A stretch of DNA of 62,965 nt, the filler included, from Octopus bimaculoides (taxonomy: Eukaryota): NCBI RefSeq assembly GCF_001194135.2. It is 5 parts of 5 records of this genome, joined end to end, with 100 filler letters (N's around TTAATTAATTAA, not from the genome) between each part and the next. Parts side by side here need not be neighbours in the genome. Positions count along the whole stretch, not along the records: positions 1 to 5,488 come from NW_026369870.1; positions 5,589 to 27,826 come from NC_068989.1; 3 more parts are not named here. One strand, given 5' to 3'. Positions within the stretch are counted from its first letter, which is position 1. Every line of letters starts with the position of its first letter. Both the position numbers and the translations under genes were made by a program. The notes beneath the pieces were generated by a model, which made no database searches, had not been told where the DNA came from, and saw only the letters and a list, made by a program, of their open reading frames with translations. Shown here piece after piece: positions 1-11,619 of the stretch.

Positions 1-67
<67 letters not shown>

Positions 68-105
68 AACACACATGCACATACATATATACATACACAC
101 GCACA
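1..105. repeat. (TA)n followed by (CA)-rich microsatellite
   Basis: Directly visible perfect TA run 1-60, then CA/CATA repeats. Confidence 0.95.
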
Positions 106-541
106 CACTTATATTGATATATTACATATAATATATCACAGATAAAAATGGATTTGAAAATCTGAGCTGGATCCTCAGTAAGCAGTCATGTGAATACCGG
201 CTAACAAAGTACATTACCCGAGGGAAGGGGGTTATGATGAAGAAGAAAACTATCCATACAATCTGAAATTCCAGGTCAAGTAAATTAGTCGCAGAGTATA
301 ATGCATTAAGTCAAAAAGTGGAATTCGTGGTATTACATTTAATTAAATATAATACCATGAATTCCACTCTTTGACTTACCATATGTGTATGTACGTAATC
401 ATGTATGTATTGTATTATGTATGTATGTATGTATGTGTGTATGTATGTATAATTAATGTGTTAAACACATATATAATGTAAATTAGTAATTTCCAGTTTC
501 CTAGAGAGACTCGATTTGATGTGTGCATATCAACGGATTGT

Positions 542-760
542 GGAGGCGCGTGTTTTAGTGGTTAAAGTCTGGCACTGATGATCGGAAGATTGCGGTTTCG
601 ATTCTTCGACTGAGTGATACGTCGTCTCCTTGAGTAAAATACTTTATTTCATATCGCTCCAATCCACTCAACGGGCAAGAATGAGTAACACTGCGACGGA
701 CTTGCGTCCCATTCAGGTGGGAAATATGCACATCACAGAATTCGTGGAAAGGGCCTTATG
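542..760 (+). mobile_element. tRNA-derived SINE, family C (degenerate)
   Basis: tRNA-like head GGAGGCGCGTG..TAGTGGTTA..GGTTTCGATTC, then CCTTGAGTAAAATACTTTATTTCA..GCTCCAATCCACTCA, shared with minus-strand copies at 11620-11787 and 53860-54183. Confidence 0.75.
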
Positions 761-778
761 TAAGGAGTAACCATTATT

Positions 779-990
779 GGCGAGCTGGCAGAATCGTTAG
801 AACGCTGGACGAAATACTTAGCGGTATTTTCACCGTCGCTACGTTCTGAGTTCAAATTCCGTTAAGATCGACTTTGTCTTTTATCATTTCGGGGTCGATA
901 AATTAAGTACCAATGAAACACTGGGGTCGATGTAATCGACTAGTCCCCTCCCCACAAATTTGAGACCTTGTGTCTCCAATAGAAAAAATT
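779..990 (+). mobile_element. tRNA-derived SINE, family A (Meta-domain-like)
   Basis: Head GGCGAGCTGGCAGAATCGTTAG, B-box-like GAGTTCAAATTCC, central TTTCGGGGTCGATAAATTAAGTACC. Recurs at 2851, 28033, 34300(-), 36460 and 40140(-). Meta-domain assignment is from recollection of the MetaSINE consensus. Confidence 0.85.
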
Positions 991-1125
991 GTTGTTGTTG
1001 CTATTTTAGAATAAACGGATTGCCAACTTATTCCTCTGCGATTGGTCAGAAGATGTAGCGACTTCATAAAACTACAATGAGGGCAGAAATCGATTAAGGG
1101 TCTTCGATATTATGTTCAATATATT

Positions 1126-1548
1126 GGTGCAGGCGTGGCTGTGTGTCAAGAAGCTTGCTTCCCTACCACATGGTTCCGGATTCAGTCCCACTGCGTGGCA
1201 CCTTGGGCAAGTGTCTTCTACTATAGTCTCGGGCCGACTAAATACTTGTGAATGGGTTTGGTAGATGGAAACTGAAAGAAGCCTGTGGCATATATGTTTA
1301 TATGTGTGTATATGTCTCTCTGTCTGTGTTTGTGTTCGTTCCCCCCACACCACCATCACCACCGTTTGACAACCGGTACTGGTATGCTTACGTCCCCGTA
1401 ACTTAACAGTTCGACCTAAGAAACCGATAGAATAAGTATCGGGCTTTAAAAGAAAATAAATGCCGAATCGATACATTCGACTAGAATTTCAAGGCGGTGC
1501 TCCAGCATGGCCGCAGTCAAATAGCTGAAACAAGTAAAAAATGAAAGA
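1126..1548 (+). mobile_element. tRNA-derived SINE, family B (CORE-like), full length
   Basis: Head GCAGGCGTGGCTGTGTG..GGATTCAGTCCC, CORE-like CACCTTGGGCAAGTGTCTT, internal TA/GT microsatellite, 3' GGCGGTGCTCCAGCATGGCCGCAGTC..GAAACAAGTAAAA. Many copies in the window. Confidence 0.9.
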
Positions 1549-1604
1549 TATGGAGAAATAGGTAGATTTACGTTTGTATATTACGACACACACACACACA
1601 CATA

Positions 1605-1705
1605 GAGGCATGGCCGTGCGGTTAAGGAGCTAGCTTTGCAGCCATGTGGTTTCCCGTTCGGTCATACTGCGCGGCACATTGCGCATAAATGTCTTCTACT
1701 ATAGC
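1605..1705 (+). mobile_element. SINE family B, 5' fragment (degenerate)
   Basis: GGCATGGCCGTGCGGTTAAG head and GTCTTCTACTATAGC motif match family B. Confidence 0.6.
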
Positions 1706-2090
1706 ACCCCCGACTTGCGAAAACAGGAGTAAAACCGATTTAAAATCTCAACAATAACAGCAGATGGTTTGGTGAGTCACATCACATTTGTTGTCCTTTG
1801 TATTGCGTCTAATGTCTGCGATCGGGTTGAACGTTGTTTGGTATTGCGTCACAAACCTCGACGAGAGAAAACTTTTACATATATGAAGTGGACTGAGACG
1901 GCAACGGAGATCACTATCGATCTATTTCTGTATTGCGTCTCTATTTCTCCAATGACAAGTGTCCTTTTGTACCTCACGCGTGACATTTTGTGCCACGTGT
2001 TCACTAATTCAGGTTTCACAATTAGGAGATAGTACAGGCTCAGTAAGACTTATTCCATCCACCAACCCATCAATACGTGCACACGTACAT

Positions 2091-2121
<31 letters not shown>

Positions 2122-2149
2122 TACATACATATATGCATACATTCAGTCA

Positions 2150-2480
2150 TTTCTCCGCCCACCATGCCTGGTAGGTTCAGTCCTGAGGCACTCCTTCCAT
2201 GGGGTCCAATTAGAAGCAAGTGTCATTGGACTTTCCGGTTGGATTCCCAAACTTGACCAACTGAGACGATGGATTTTATCCAACGAGTTTGTTCCTCTAC
2301 TCCTAGGCTCCTGCTCGTTGGCTCGGCTTGAACCCGTCTTGCGATTCTTTCCAGCGACATTCTAATCATATGTCCACAGTACCGATGCTGCGACCTCCCA
2401 ATGCGGTGAGAAGTAGCCGTTCGATCTGGAGAGACCCCCCCCCCATCTAAATCAGTTATTTTTTTCTGCGAGGTGTTCAA
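2150..2480 (-). mobile_element. RTE-like LINE 3' fragment (decayed RT C-terminus)
   Basis: Translation RYCGHMIRMSLERIARRVQAEPT..EQTRW resembles the RTE C-terminal RWFGHVxRM..R.PRRVL..RPRTRW signature. Confidence 0.65.
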
Positions 2481-2850
2481 TTACAAACAATTTCTTTTTT
2501 ATTCTTCAAAAGTTGTTGTGGTGGGAGTCAGGCGGCAGACNNNNNNNNNNNNNNNNNNNNNNNNNNNNNNNNNNNNNNNNNNNNNNNNNNNNNNNNNNNN
2601 NNNNNNNNNNNNNNNNNNNNNNNNNNNNNNNNNNNNNNNNNNNNNNNNNNNNNNNNNNNNNNNNNNNNNNNNNNNNNNNNNNNNNNNNNNNNNNNNNNNN
2701 NNTTGCAGCGATGGAAACCATTGTTTCAGCAGTTTTCCCTGGATAACAAGATCTAAAGACGGGTATACAGTACACGAATGCATTCGCACTTCTCCTGGGT
2801 CACGCGAACAGTTGCAACTTATTGGTTTGTTGCAATATTGTAAACATTAA

Positions 2851-3060
2851 AGGCGCCGAGCTGGCAGAATCGTTAGCACGCTGGGTGAAATGGTTAGTGG
2901 TATTTCGTCTGTCGTTACGTTCAAATTCCGCCGAGGTCGACTTTGCTTTTCATTCTTTCAAGGTCGATAAATTAAGTACCAGTTGCGTACTGGGGTCGAT
3001 TTAATCGACTGGCCCACTCCCCCAAAATGTTTGGCCTTATGCCTAGAGTAGAAAAGAATA
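2851..3060 (+). mobile_element. SINE family A, full length
   Basis: GGCGCCGAGCTGGCAGAATCGTTAGC..TTCAAATTCCGCCGAGGTCGACTTTGC..GGTCGATAAATTAAGTACCAG, matches 779-990. Confidence 0.88.
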
Positions 3061-3109
3061 TGGTAAACATTACACTTAAATTTAGCATAAATGTAAACAC
3101 ACGTGCATA

Positions 3110-3145
<36 letters not shown>

Positions 3146-3365
3146 TGTGTGATATTTATATGTGTTATTCCTATACCACCGCTTGGCAACTGGTATCTGT
3201 GCGTTTATACTGACGTAACATAGCGGCTTAGCAAGAGACAACGATAGAATAAATACCAGGCTTAAAAGAAAAATAATGGGGTTGAATATCTCTCTACGAA
3301 AATTGTTCAAGGCAAATGACCCAATGAGGTTGCAGTCTAATTACTGCCACAAACAAAAGCTTAAA
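3110..3365 (+). mobile_element. SINE family B, 3' half
   Basis: (GT)n, then CCACCGCTTGGCAACTGG..TAGCGG..GATAGAATAAATACCAGGCTTAAAAG. Confidence 0.7.
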
Positions 3366-3600
3366 GATGACGAGAGATACTAATAATATTTATGCATATA
3401 TAGTGTACGAAGATGGAGTAAATCCCATCTGTTTGCTCTTGAAGAACATCTGCCTGTTATTCCGTTGTTACCATCTAATATGTGGTCACAGTTACCGCTG
3501 TATGTTAGTCAAGATACATATTAAAAAGCGAGAATTATGGAAATATTATTTGGAGAGTTATTCTATTACAAAACAGGTGAGTGGACATTTCTTTGTATTA

Positions 3601-3806
3601 TTTATTCTCCATTGCAATGTCTTTCATTTGCTAATAAGAATTCTAGAGATTTTACATGTTAGACAGATATGTTAAGAATCATAATTGTAATTTTTACTTT
3701 CTCTGTAAGAAGAATTTCTTATTGGGATTTTCCAACATGTCTATCTAACATGTAAGCACTTTGTAATTCTTATTAGCAAATTAAACACGTGCAACGGAGA
3801 GTTAAT
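3601..3806. mobile_element. MITE-like element with about 70-bp imperfect terminal inverted repeats
   Basis: 3601-3673 (TTATTCTCCATTGCA..TTTGCTAATAAGAATT..TTACATGTTAGACAGATATGTT) is the imperfect reverse complement of 3734-3806. Confidence 0.65.
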
Positions 3807-4894
3807 TAAACCCAACAAATCTCCACTTTTCTATTTGGGTGTTTTCGTATATATACATATGTATATATATATTTTTTCATGTATATGTATATACAAAGAT
3901 ACTCATGCATATGAGTGAGAGAGAAAAACAGAGAAAGAAGCCCATGAATACAGACTTATATCTATAATATACATGCATCTACACATAGGNNNNNNNNNNN
4001 NNNNNNNNNNNNNNNNNNNNNNNNNNNNNNNNNNNNNNNNNNNNNNNNNNNNNNNNNNNNNNNNNNNNNNNNNNNNNNNNNNNNNNNNNNNNNNNNNNNN
4101 NNNNNNNNNNNNNNNNNNNNNNNNNNNNNNNNNNNNNNNNNNNNNNNNNNNNNNNNNNNNNNNNNNNNNNNNNNNNNNNNNNNNNNNNNNNNNNNNNNNN
4201 NNNNNNNNNNNNNNNNNNNNNNNNNNNNNNNNNNNNNNNNNNNNNNNNNNNNNNNNNNNNNNNNNNNNNNNNNNNNNNNNNNNNNNNNNNNNNNNNNNNN
4301 NNNNNNNNNNNNNNNNNNNNNNNNNNNNNNNNNNNNNNNNNNNNNNNNNNNNNNNNNNNNNNNNNNNNNNNNNNNNNNNNNNNNNNNNNNNNNNNNNNNN
4401 NNNNNNNNNNNNNNNNNNNNNNNNNNNNNNNNNNNNNNNNNNNNNNNNNNNNNNNNNNNNNNNNNNNNNNNNNNNNNNNNNNNNNNNNNNNNNNNNNNNN
4501 NNNNNNNNNNNNNNNNNNNNNNNNNNNNNNNNNNNNNNNNNNNNNNNNNNNNNNNNNNNNNNNNNNNNNNNNNNNNNNNNNNNNNNNNNNNNNNNNNNNN
4601 NNNNNNNNNNNNNNNNNNNNNNNNNNNNNNNNNNNNNNNNNNNNNNNNNNNNNNNNNNNNNNNNNNNNNNNNNNNNNNNNNNNNNNNNNNNNNNNNNNNN
4701 NNNNNNNNNNNNNNNNNNNNNNNNNNNNNNNNNNNNNNNNNNNNAAAGTAATCTATTATTATATCCATAGGCGGATATTTTTAGTATGAAGTGATGAAGA
4801 GTGTGATGTGCTGAAAAAAGATATCCGCCTATGGATATCCGCATACTAAAAATATCCGCCTATGGATATAATAATAGATTACTTTATTTTTTCT

Positions 4895-4943
4895 GTCTCC
4901 GATGAAGGGAAGTACTGGATCTTCCCAGAAACAGCTGTAAGAC
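4895..4943 (+). ncRNA. Type I hammerhead ribozyme motif (U4C core variant)
   Basis: GTCT-CCGATGA-A-GGGAAG/TACTGGAT/CTTCCC-A-GAAA-CAGCT-GTA^AGAC: 4-bp stem I, 6-bp stem II, palindromic stem III ACAGCTGT. Confidence 0.65.
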
Positions 4944-5532
4944 TCTATCTATAAAATACTTCTCCAACCTTACCTTTGCTCTCTTTATATTTTTGTTTTT
5001 ATGTATTTACATATACACACGCTAATACACGACTTATAATACCCAATCCTGTTCATACAACGACTGGGGCAAACTAGTCAGTATACAGCACTTACTCGGT
5101 ATTACCTGTATCCTCCTGGGTTTGGTTAAATCCAATACCCTCCTCAACCTTATATACACATATATATGTATATATATATTTTTTCATGTATATGTATATA
5201 CAAAGATACTCATGCATATGAGTGAGAGAGAAAAACAGAGAAAGAAGCCCATGAATACAGACTTATATCTATAATATACATGCATCTACACATAGGTATG
5301 TATATATTTACATACCTATGTCACACACACACGCACACATGCACATATTTATAAGTGATTATTACATATGCACAAACAGTCGTGTGCGTACATTAATAAA
5401 AGGGTGGTTGTATACGGACATTAACACACACATGTATGTATGTGTGTATATACGTATAACTGTATATATCTATCTCTCTGGTTATATANNNNNNNNNNNN
5501 NNNNNNNNNNNNNNNNNNNNNNNNNNNNNNNN

Positions 5533-5544
5533 TTAATTAATTAA
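5533..5544. other. Assembly spacer TTAATTAATTAA inside an N gap
   Basis: The identical 12-mer (stops in all six frames) is embedded in N runs here and at 27871-27882, 46654-46665 and 57373-57384. Confidence 0.9.
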
Positions 5545-5588
5545 NNNNNNNNNNNNNNNNNNNNNNNNNNNNNNNNNNNNNNNNNNNN

Positions 5589-5621
<33 letters not shown>

Positions 5622-5713
5622 ATACATATGCATATATATATATGTATATGTAAGTGCATATATATGCATATATGCACGCATATATATATACACACACATA
5701 TATATATATATAT

Positions 5714-5749
<36 letters not shown>

Positions 5750-5971
5750 GTATATATATATTTATTAGTTATAGGATTCATTAGCATCCAAGGCCATCAA
5801 AACGGAGGACGTCAGAAATTGGTGGGTACAACACCATAGGTTTCACAGTGAAATAAATTCACCCTGAAAATATCATGTTTTGCTAGGGCACTGTAGATAT
5901 GTAAGTTTCAAATCCAATAACTGTAAATCGGACTCATGCCGTAGGTATAAGAGTGAACATGAATCAACTTT

Positions 5972-6061
5972 AAATTTGCAACAGCTGTTTCGGTAGACTT
6001 GTATATGATTTATTCATAGATTACCTCATAGAATATATTGAACCATCTTCCGGTAAAATTT
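5972..6061 (-). ncRNA. Type I hammerhead ribozyme motif (degenerate, U4G)
   Basis: Minus strand: AAATTTTAC-CGGAAGA-TGG..long loop..CC-GAAA-CAGCT-GTT^GCAAATTT. The paralog at 11830-11885 (-) has the canonical CTGAAGA. Confidence 0.6.
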
Positions 6062-6204
6062 TAACCTGGTGTAAAGAAGTGAGATGAGAAATTTAACCAA
6101 CATTTTTGGATAAGTGTCATTAAAAAAAAACATTCTAATTTATAGAGAAATTAAAAGGAGTTATTTTACTATATTAATAATATTATTCCTATTAACTCCA
6201 CCAG

Positions 6205-6206
6205 CG

Positions 6207-6260
<54 letters not shown>

Positions 6261-6261
6261 A

Positions 6262-6293
<32 letters not shown>

Positions 6294-6430
6294 CGACGAT
6301 GACGACGACGACCACCACCACCATCACCATCACCACCATCATCATCATCGTCGTCGTCGTCGTCGTCGTCATCATCATCATCATCATCATCGTCATCATC
6401 ATCATCATCACCACCATCAACATCACCATC
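6205..6430. repeat. Compound (CAT)n/(GAC)n/(CAC)n/(CGT)n trinucleotide microsatellite
   Basis: Directly visible; explains the poly-S/M/T/I ORFs. Confidence 0.95.
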
Positions 6431-6997
6431 ATCTTTATCATAATCATTGATATTACTTGTATTGCGACGGCCAATGTTGATATTACCTCAATTGATCCCC
6501 GTTATAATATTACTTAGATTATGTAAACTTGAAAACGAATTTCTTATAATTTTATCCTCTATTAATTAAATATATGATAATATTTAGTAGATGGGGAAAA
6601 TTTTTATGTAAAAATAGGCAAATCCCTTAGAAGATTTCGTAATTATATTCGTTGTACAAGGTGGAATAGACCAGAATAAGTCATCCCTGTATGAGTTCTG
6701 CTTTTGAATTTGCGGAATCTAAATTTGCGTGCTTTAAAGATACCACTTAGATTACGAGTACCGCTATACTTACTCTAGTGTTGTTAATTACGTTTTGACA
6801 TTCACTGCTATTATTACCATTCGAATGAAGACCATTAGTTTTGGCAAAATTATCGCCACAATCATTATTCTTGTTAATATCCCACACAGGTCTATTATTA
6901 TTATGAATGTCAATCATAGAACTATTAGTGTCAGTATTAATATTGGTACAATTGCTAACCTTCATTTTACCTTTCATCAATTAATATAATTATTATT

Positions 6998-7850
6998 GAA
7001 AGAGATACGAACGCCAAGACGGTAGCTATGGATGAGGAGGTGTGACATGAAGATACAGAGACAAGTACTAATATATGCAGTGCAAGAACAAGCGTCAAGA
7101 ACTGTGTGACGTGCAAAATCGACAACACTACCGACAGCGACAAATGCAGAATGTTTGGTGAGAGGAGTGAAACGGCACATCGTTAGTGAATGCCAGAAAT
7201 TGGCACAACGTGAATGCAAAAAAAGACGACATGAAAATGTGGAAAGAATGATCCATTGGGAGGTCTGTGGAAATCACAGCCTACAAAGAGCATAAAATGT
7301 GGTATGAAAACTTCCAGAGGGAGTCACCGAGAATAAGAATTGCAAAATCCTGTGGGATGCCCACCCCGTGCGATCACTTGACCAGACATCGGAAACCGGA
7401 CATTGTTGTGATGAATAAAAAAGAAAGAACATGCATGATAATCGACATAGCATATCCCGGTGACTACAGGATCAAAGAGAAAGACAAAAAACTATACAAC
7501 TACAACGATTTGAAGTGGGAAATACGAAGGTTGTGGTCAGTAAGGAGAGTAGACGTGATAGCAATAATAATTTTGCGCACTTTGGAAGTATCAGCAGTCA
7601 ACTACGAGCATGGCTCAAAAAGATTGATATAAATATGAAGGTAGAAACGTACAAAAATCAGCATTGCTTGGAACTACAATAATTCTTCGCAGGGTTCTTA
7701 AAGCACGACCAGTAAACAATTGTTACCTTAGTCTGCAGGTTGTGGGCAGCTGATATTTTCCATCATACCCAGCAAAATAAGCTGAGTTTTCATAAAATAA
7801 TAATAATACCAACAATAACAACAACAACAACAACAATAATAATAATAATG
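6998..7850 (+). mobile_element. R4/Dong-like RLE LINE, 5'-truncated pseudo-ORF with (AAT)n tail
   Basis: Frameshifted translation: KCRM..HIVSECQKLAQRECKKRRHENV (CCHC knuckle), RKPDIVV..CMIIDIA (PD-(D/E)xK nuclease), QKSALLGT..LRRVL. 3' UTR then AAT/AAC tail at 7791-7850. Confidence 0.9.
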
Positions 7851-8559
7851 ATACAAAGCCTCCCCACCAGAAATTTAAAAAAACAATGAAAAGAAACATA
7901 ACAAGTAACTGCAGAATACGTGGAGATGGACAAGAAACAATGAAGCATATTATCTCTGGCTGCCCAGTCCTGGCTAAGAAAGAATGTATTCACAGACACG
8001 ACAGAGCTGGGATCTATATACCCTGGAAGCTATGCCAACACTATGGAATAACAACAGAGAAAAGATGGTATAGGCACACGCCAGAAAAGGTCACAGAAAA
8101 CGAGAAAGCAACCATACTCTGGCATATGCCAATACACATAGATAGAGAAATTAAGGCAAATAGACCAGATATAGTTGTCAGAGATCATAAAGAAAAAAAT
8201 TCTTTCTAAATGATGTATCAATGCCAGCAGATGACAACGTTTCTCTAAAAGAAATGGAGAAACTTTCAAAATACAAAGACCTGGAAATAGAGGTAACTCG
8301 AATGTGTAATCTAAAAACAGAAACAATTCCTATCATAGTAGGTGCCTTAGGTATAATAAAAAATATTCAGACAAATACATAACAAAAAACACCAGGACTT
8401 ACAAATATATATAACATACAGAAAATTGCTCTATTGGGCACTTCACACATCCTACGCAAAACACTTTCAATACAGTAAACATAAGAGCACCACAGCAAAC
8501 CAAGGCACAAAGAGCTGCGCTCGGTAGTGAAGTGAAAGCACGCTATAAAAATAAAACTA

Positions 8560-8606
<47 letters not shown>
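7851..8606 (+). mobile_element. R4/Dong-like RLE LINE, second family, 5'-truncated, (AAT)n tail
   Basis: NCRI.GDGQETMKHIISGCPVLAKKE.IHRHD, NRPDIVVRDHKEK, PIIVGALG, QKIALLGTSHILRKTLSIQ*; tail about 8565-8606. Confidence 0.93.
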
Positions 8607-9245
8607 NNNNNNNNNNNNNNNNNNNNNNNNNNNNNNNNNNNNNNNNNNNNNNNNNNNNNNNNNNNNNNNNNNNNNNNNNNNNNNNNNNNNNNNNNNNNNN
8701 NNNNNNNNNNNNNNNNNNNNNNNNNNNNNNNNNNNNNNNNNNNNNNNNNNNNNNNNNNNNNNNNNNNNNNNNNNNNNNNNNNNNNNNNNNNNNNNNNNNN
8801 NNNNNNNNNNNNNNNNNNNNNNNNNNNNNNNNNNNNNNNNNNNNNNNNNNNNNNNNNNNNNNNNNNNNNNNNNNNNNNNNNNNNNNNNNNNNNNNNNNNN
8901 NNNNNNNNNNNNNNNNNNNNNNNNNNNNNNNNNNNNNNNNNNNNNNNNNNNNNNNNNNNNNNNNNNNNNNNNNNNNNNNNNNNNNNNNNNNNNNNNNNNN
9001 NNNNNNNNNNNNNNNNNNNNNNNNNNNNNNNNNNNNNNNNNNNNNNNNNNNNNNNNNNNNNNNNNNNNNNNNNNNNNNNNNNNNNNNNNNNNNNNNNNNN
9101 NNNNNNNNNNNNNNNNNNNNNNNNNNNNNNNNNNNNNNNNNNNNNNNNNNNNNNNNNNNNNNNNNNNNNNNNNNNNNNNNNNNNNNNNNNNNNNNNNNNN
9201 NNNNNNNNNNNNNNNNNNNNNNNNNNNNNNNNNNNNNNNNNNNNN

Positions 9246-9522
9246 NTACCAGGAAACCCCAAAATGGCTGAAGTCCAAAAGATAGTGCTCATGGGAACTG
9301 CCCATATCCTACGTAAAATACTGTCTATGTGATCTCAAATTTTAAAGCAAACATAATTTTCTTATGGTTTCTTAAACATTCACTTGAACAAAACTGTGCA
9401 AATCCAAATATATGGTACCCTAGGCATAACACCTACATGAACTTCTAACTTGTTGTCTCTTGAGGTCTCTGGGTGAGACTTGGATCCAACTTGTACAAAT
9501 GCAAAACAAAAGTCAAACATAA

Positions 9523-9570
<48 letters not shown>
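9246..9570 (+). mobile_element. R4/Dong-like LINE extreme 3' end, third family, (AAT)n tail
   Basis: PGNPKMAEVQKIVLMGTAHILRKILSM*, a 3' UTR and an (AAT)n run about 9522-9570; 5' part lost in the gap. Confidence 0.85.
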
Positions 9571-10185
9571 TGGCTCCCATAGCTTCTGATCTTAATTAAT
9601 TGCAAGTGTTATCATGTAAATTGCTTTGTCTTGGTATAAAAGATGGGCTACAGTAAATATTCTGCTCAACACCAAGGATTTGCATGCCAGTTATTTGGCC
9701 CTAACCAGTTGAGCATGTCCCTTAGTGGCTGACGATATGTGCATCTCTGATCACGAGCAAAAGTTGTGGGGTGCATCATAGTCATTTATGGAGAGGGATT
9801 AGTTGGGGTTTGAATAATTCACCTTTGGAAACATGGGCGTTTTGTGCGTCATCCTTTAGCAACCGTTATTCAGAGACCTTTTGAGCGGGATGGGTTACTC
9901 GACCAGAAGAAAATTCTACCTGGGCCCCACCTGCAAGGTCATGTACTGTTTATCTTGATATGAGATTACTATGTCGCACACATATTGTTGTGATGCATGT
10001 GCCTGTTGTATCCTTATCAGACGGGTAGTCAGGATGGGTATACTGGGCCTCGCATATTTTACCCCAGTGTCACTTTGATGACATGCACTGTTTTACCACT
10101 CAACAACAACAACAGCAACAACAACAACAACAGCAACAACAACAACAACAATAATAATGATATCATTATTATTATTATTATTAAT
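9571..10185. mobile_element. Unclassified non-coding interspersed repeat bounded by (AAT)n/(AAC)n
   Basis: Its end TATTTTACCCCAGTGTCACTTTGATGACATGCACTG..CACTCAACAAC recurs at 27928-28030 (TATTTTACCGCAGTGTCACTTTGATGGCATGCCCTG..CACTCAATAAT); no ORF. Confidence 0.6.
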
Positions 10186-10279
10186 GCTATTAATTACACT
10201 ATTATTAATACAATCTTTGTTCAAGTTTATAATATGGGAAACTGTATTATAAAGGTTATAACATTTAGTATTTTCATTC

Positions 10280-11532
10280 TATTGGGTCATCCATGAATAA
10301 TGTGGTTTTTATACTTTTATTTTTCAAAATTAAGATAAACAAAATTCTTTTTTAATCTGAAATATACTTTCCTTTATTTTCTACAATGCTCTTCCATCAA
10401 TTTGGTAGCGTTGCAAGGCCCCTCTTCCAAAATTCACTTGTCCGTGACGAAAAATACTCCTCCAGTACTGTTCTGATCTCCTCTACAGAATTCATATTTT
10501 TTTCTGTTCAAATGATTTTGAAGACTGATAATCAGATGGGGCAATGTCCGGCGAAAATGGTGGGTGGGAAATCGTTTCCCATTAAAACTGCTGCAGCCTT
10601 TGGAATATCATTCTCGTTGCATGTGGCTGAGCATTAAACTGATGGAAAAAGACCTTTCGTCTTGAAACCATGGTCGTTTTCTCTTCTAGCGCTGACTTAA
10701 GCCGATCAAGCTTCTCGCAGTAGATCTCCTTTGTTCTTGTTTGGTTTGTGTTTAAAAGTCCAAAGTGGACTAAGCCTTTCATAACCCACCAAACAGATAA
10801 CAACACCTTAAGTGGTAGAAGACCTTTAGCGTGGTGCGCCAGTGTTTCTCCTCTCCTTTCCCTTTCACTGTCTCGGCGCGTGACGCTTTTATAGAGAACC
10901 CATTTCTCGTCATGAGTCATTATTCAGTCCAAAAAAGGTTTATTCGGGAGATGTGACTTCAAACAAGAGTACACGTTCACTCTGCGCGTAATTAGACTCG
11001 GAATGTGGGTGAGGAACGTATTGACCCAATTTACTGACTTTTCTGATGGTATGCAGATGTTGATGATTGTTTGAATGGCCAAATCCAAACTTCTATGCTA
11101 GTTCCTCAACAGTTCCGATGGGATTTTGTTCCATCATGGTTTGCAGAACCTCTTCGTCAAGCTCTACAGATCTTCCAGGTCAGGACACGTCTTCTAGGCT
11201 GTAGTTTCCGGCTCGGAATTTCTGGAACCACCGTTAACACTTAATGTCCGATCTCAATATACTGCATTAATATTCCTCGCACTTTCCGTTGCGTTGTTGC
11301 TTTTAATAAACACATAAAGCAAAATATGCTGAAAATGCTCCTTCATCACTTCCATTATAGCTTTGAAAAAATAACTGTTAAAATCGAACTGCACTCTTCA
11401 AAACTAGCACTAAGAATAAGTACAAGGTAAAACTATTAACTACTTTTATAGCAAGTTGATATAGGTATTTTATCCCCTCCGACTTTTAGTTCATGCAATT
11501 GAAAAATGCATTATTTATGAGATGACCCAATA
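10280..11532 (-). mobile_element. Full-length mariner (D,D34D-type) transposon with pseudogenised transposase
   Basis: TIRs TATTGGGTCATC-CATGAATAATG / CATTATTTATGAGATGACCCAATA including terminal TA. Minus-strand motifs THDEKWVLY, VLLSVWW, HQxNAQPH, HPPFSPDIAPSDY; multiple stops and frameshifts. Confidence 0.92.
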
Positions 11533-11619
11533 TGTTTTCCATTCAGAAGCTTAGGACTTCTTAAACATTTACATTTATTTTTAATATATCAAGTAGGGAG
11601 AAGTACGACACAGAATGGG

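Noticed and set aside
3857-5296. Identical 133-bp direct repeat (3857-3989 = 5164-5296) as an LTR pair around the 4895 ribozyme
   Set aside because: Zero mismatches, and the left copy ends exactly at a contig edge, so an unmerged assembly overlap is more likely; long reads would decide.
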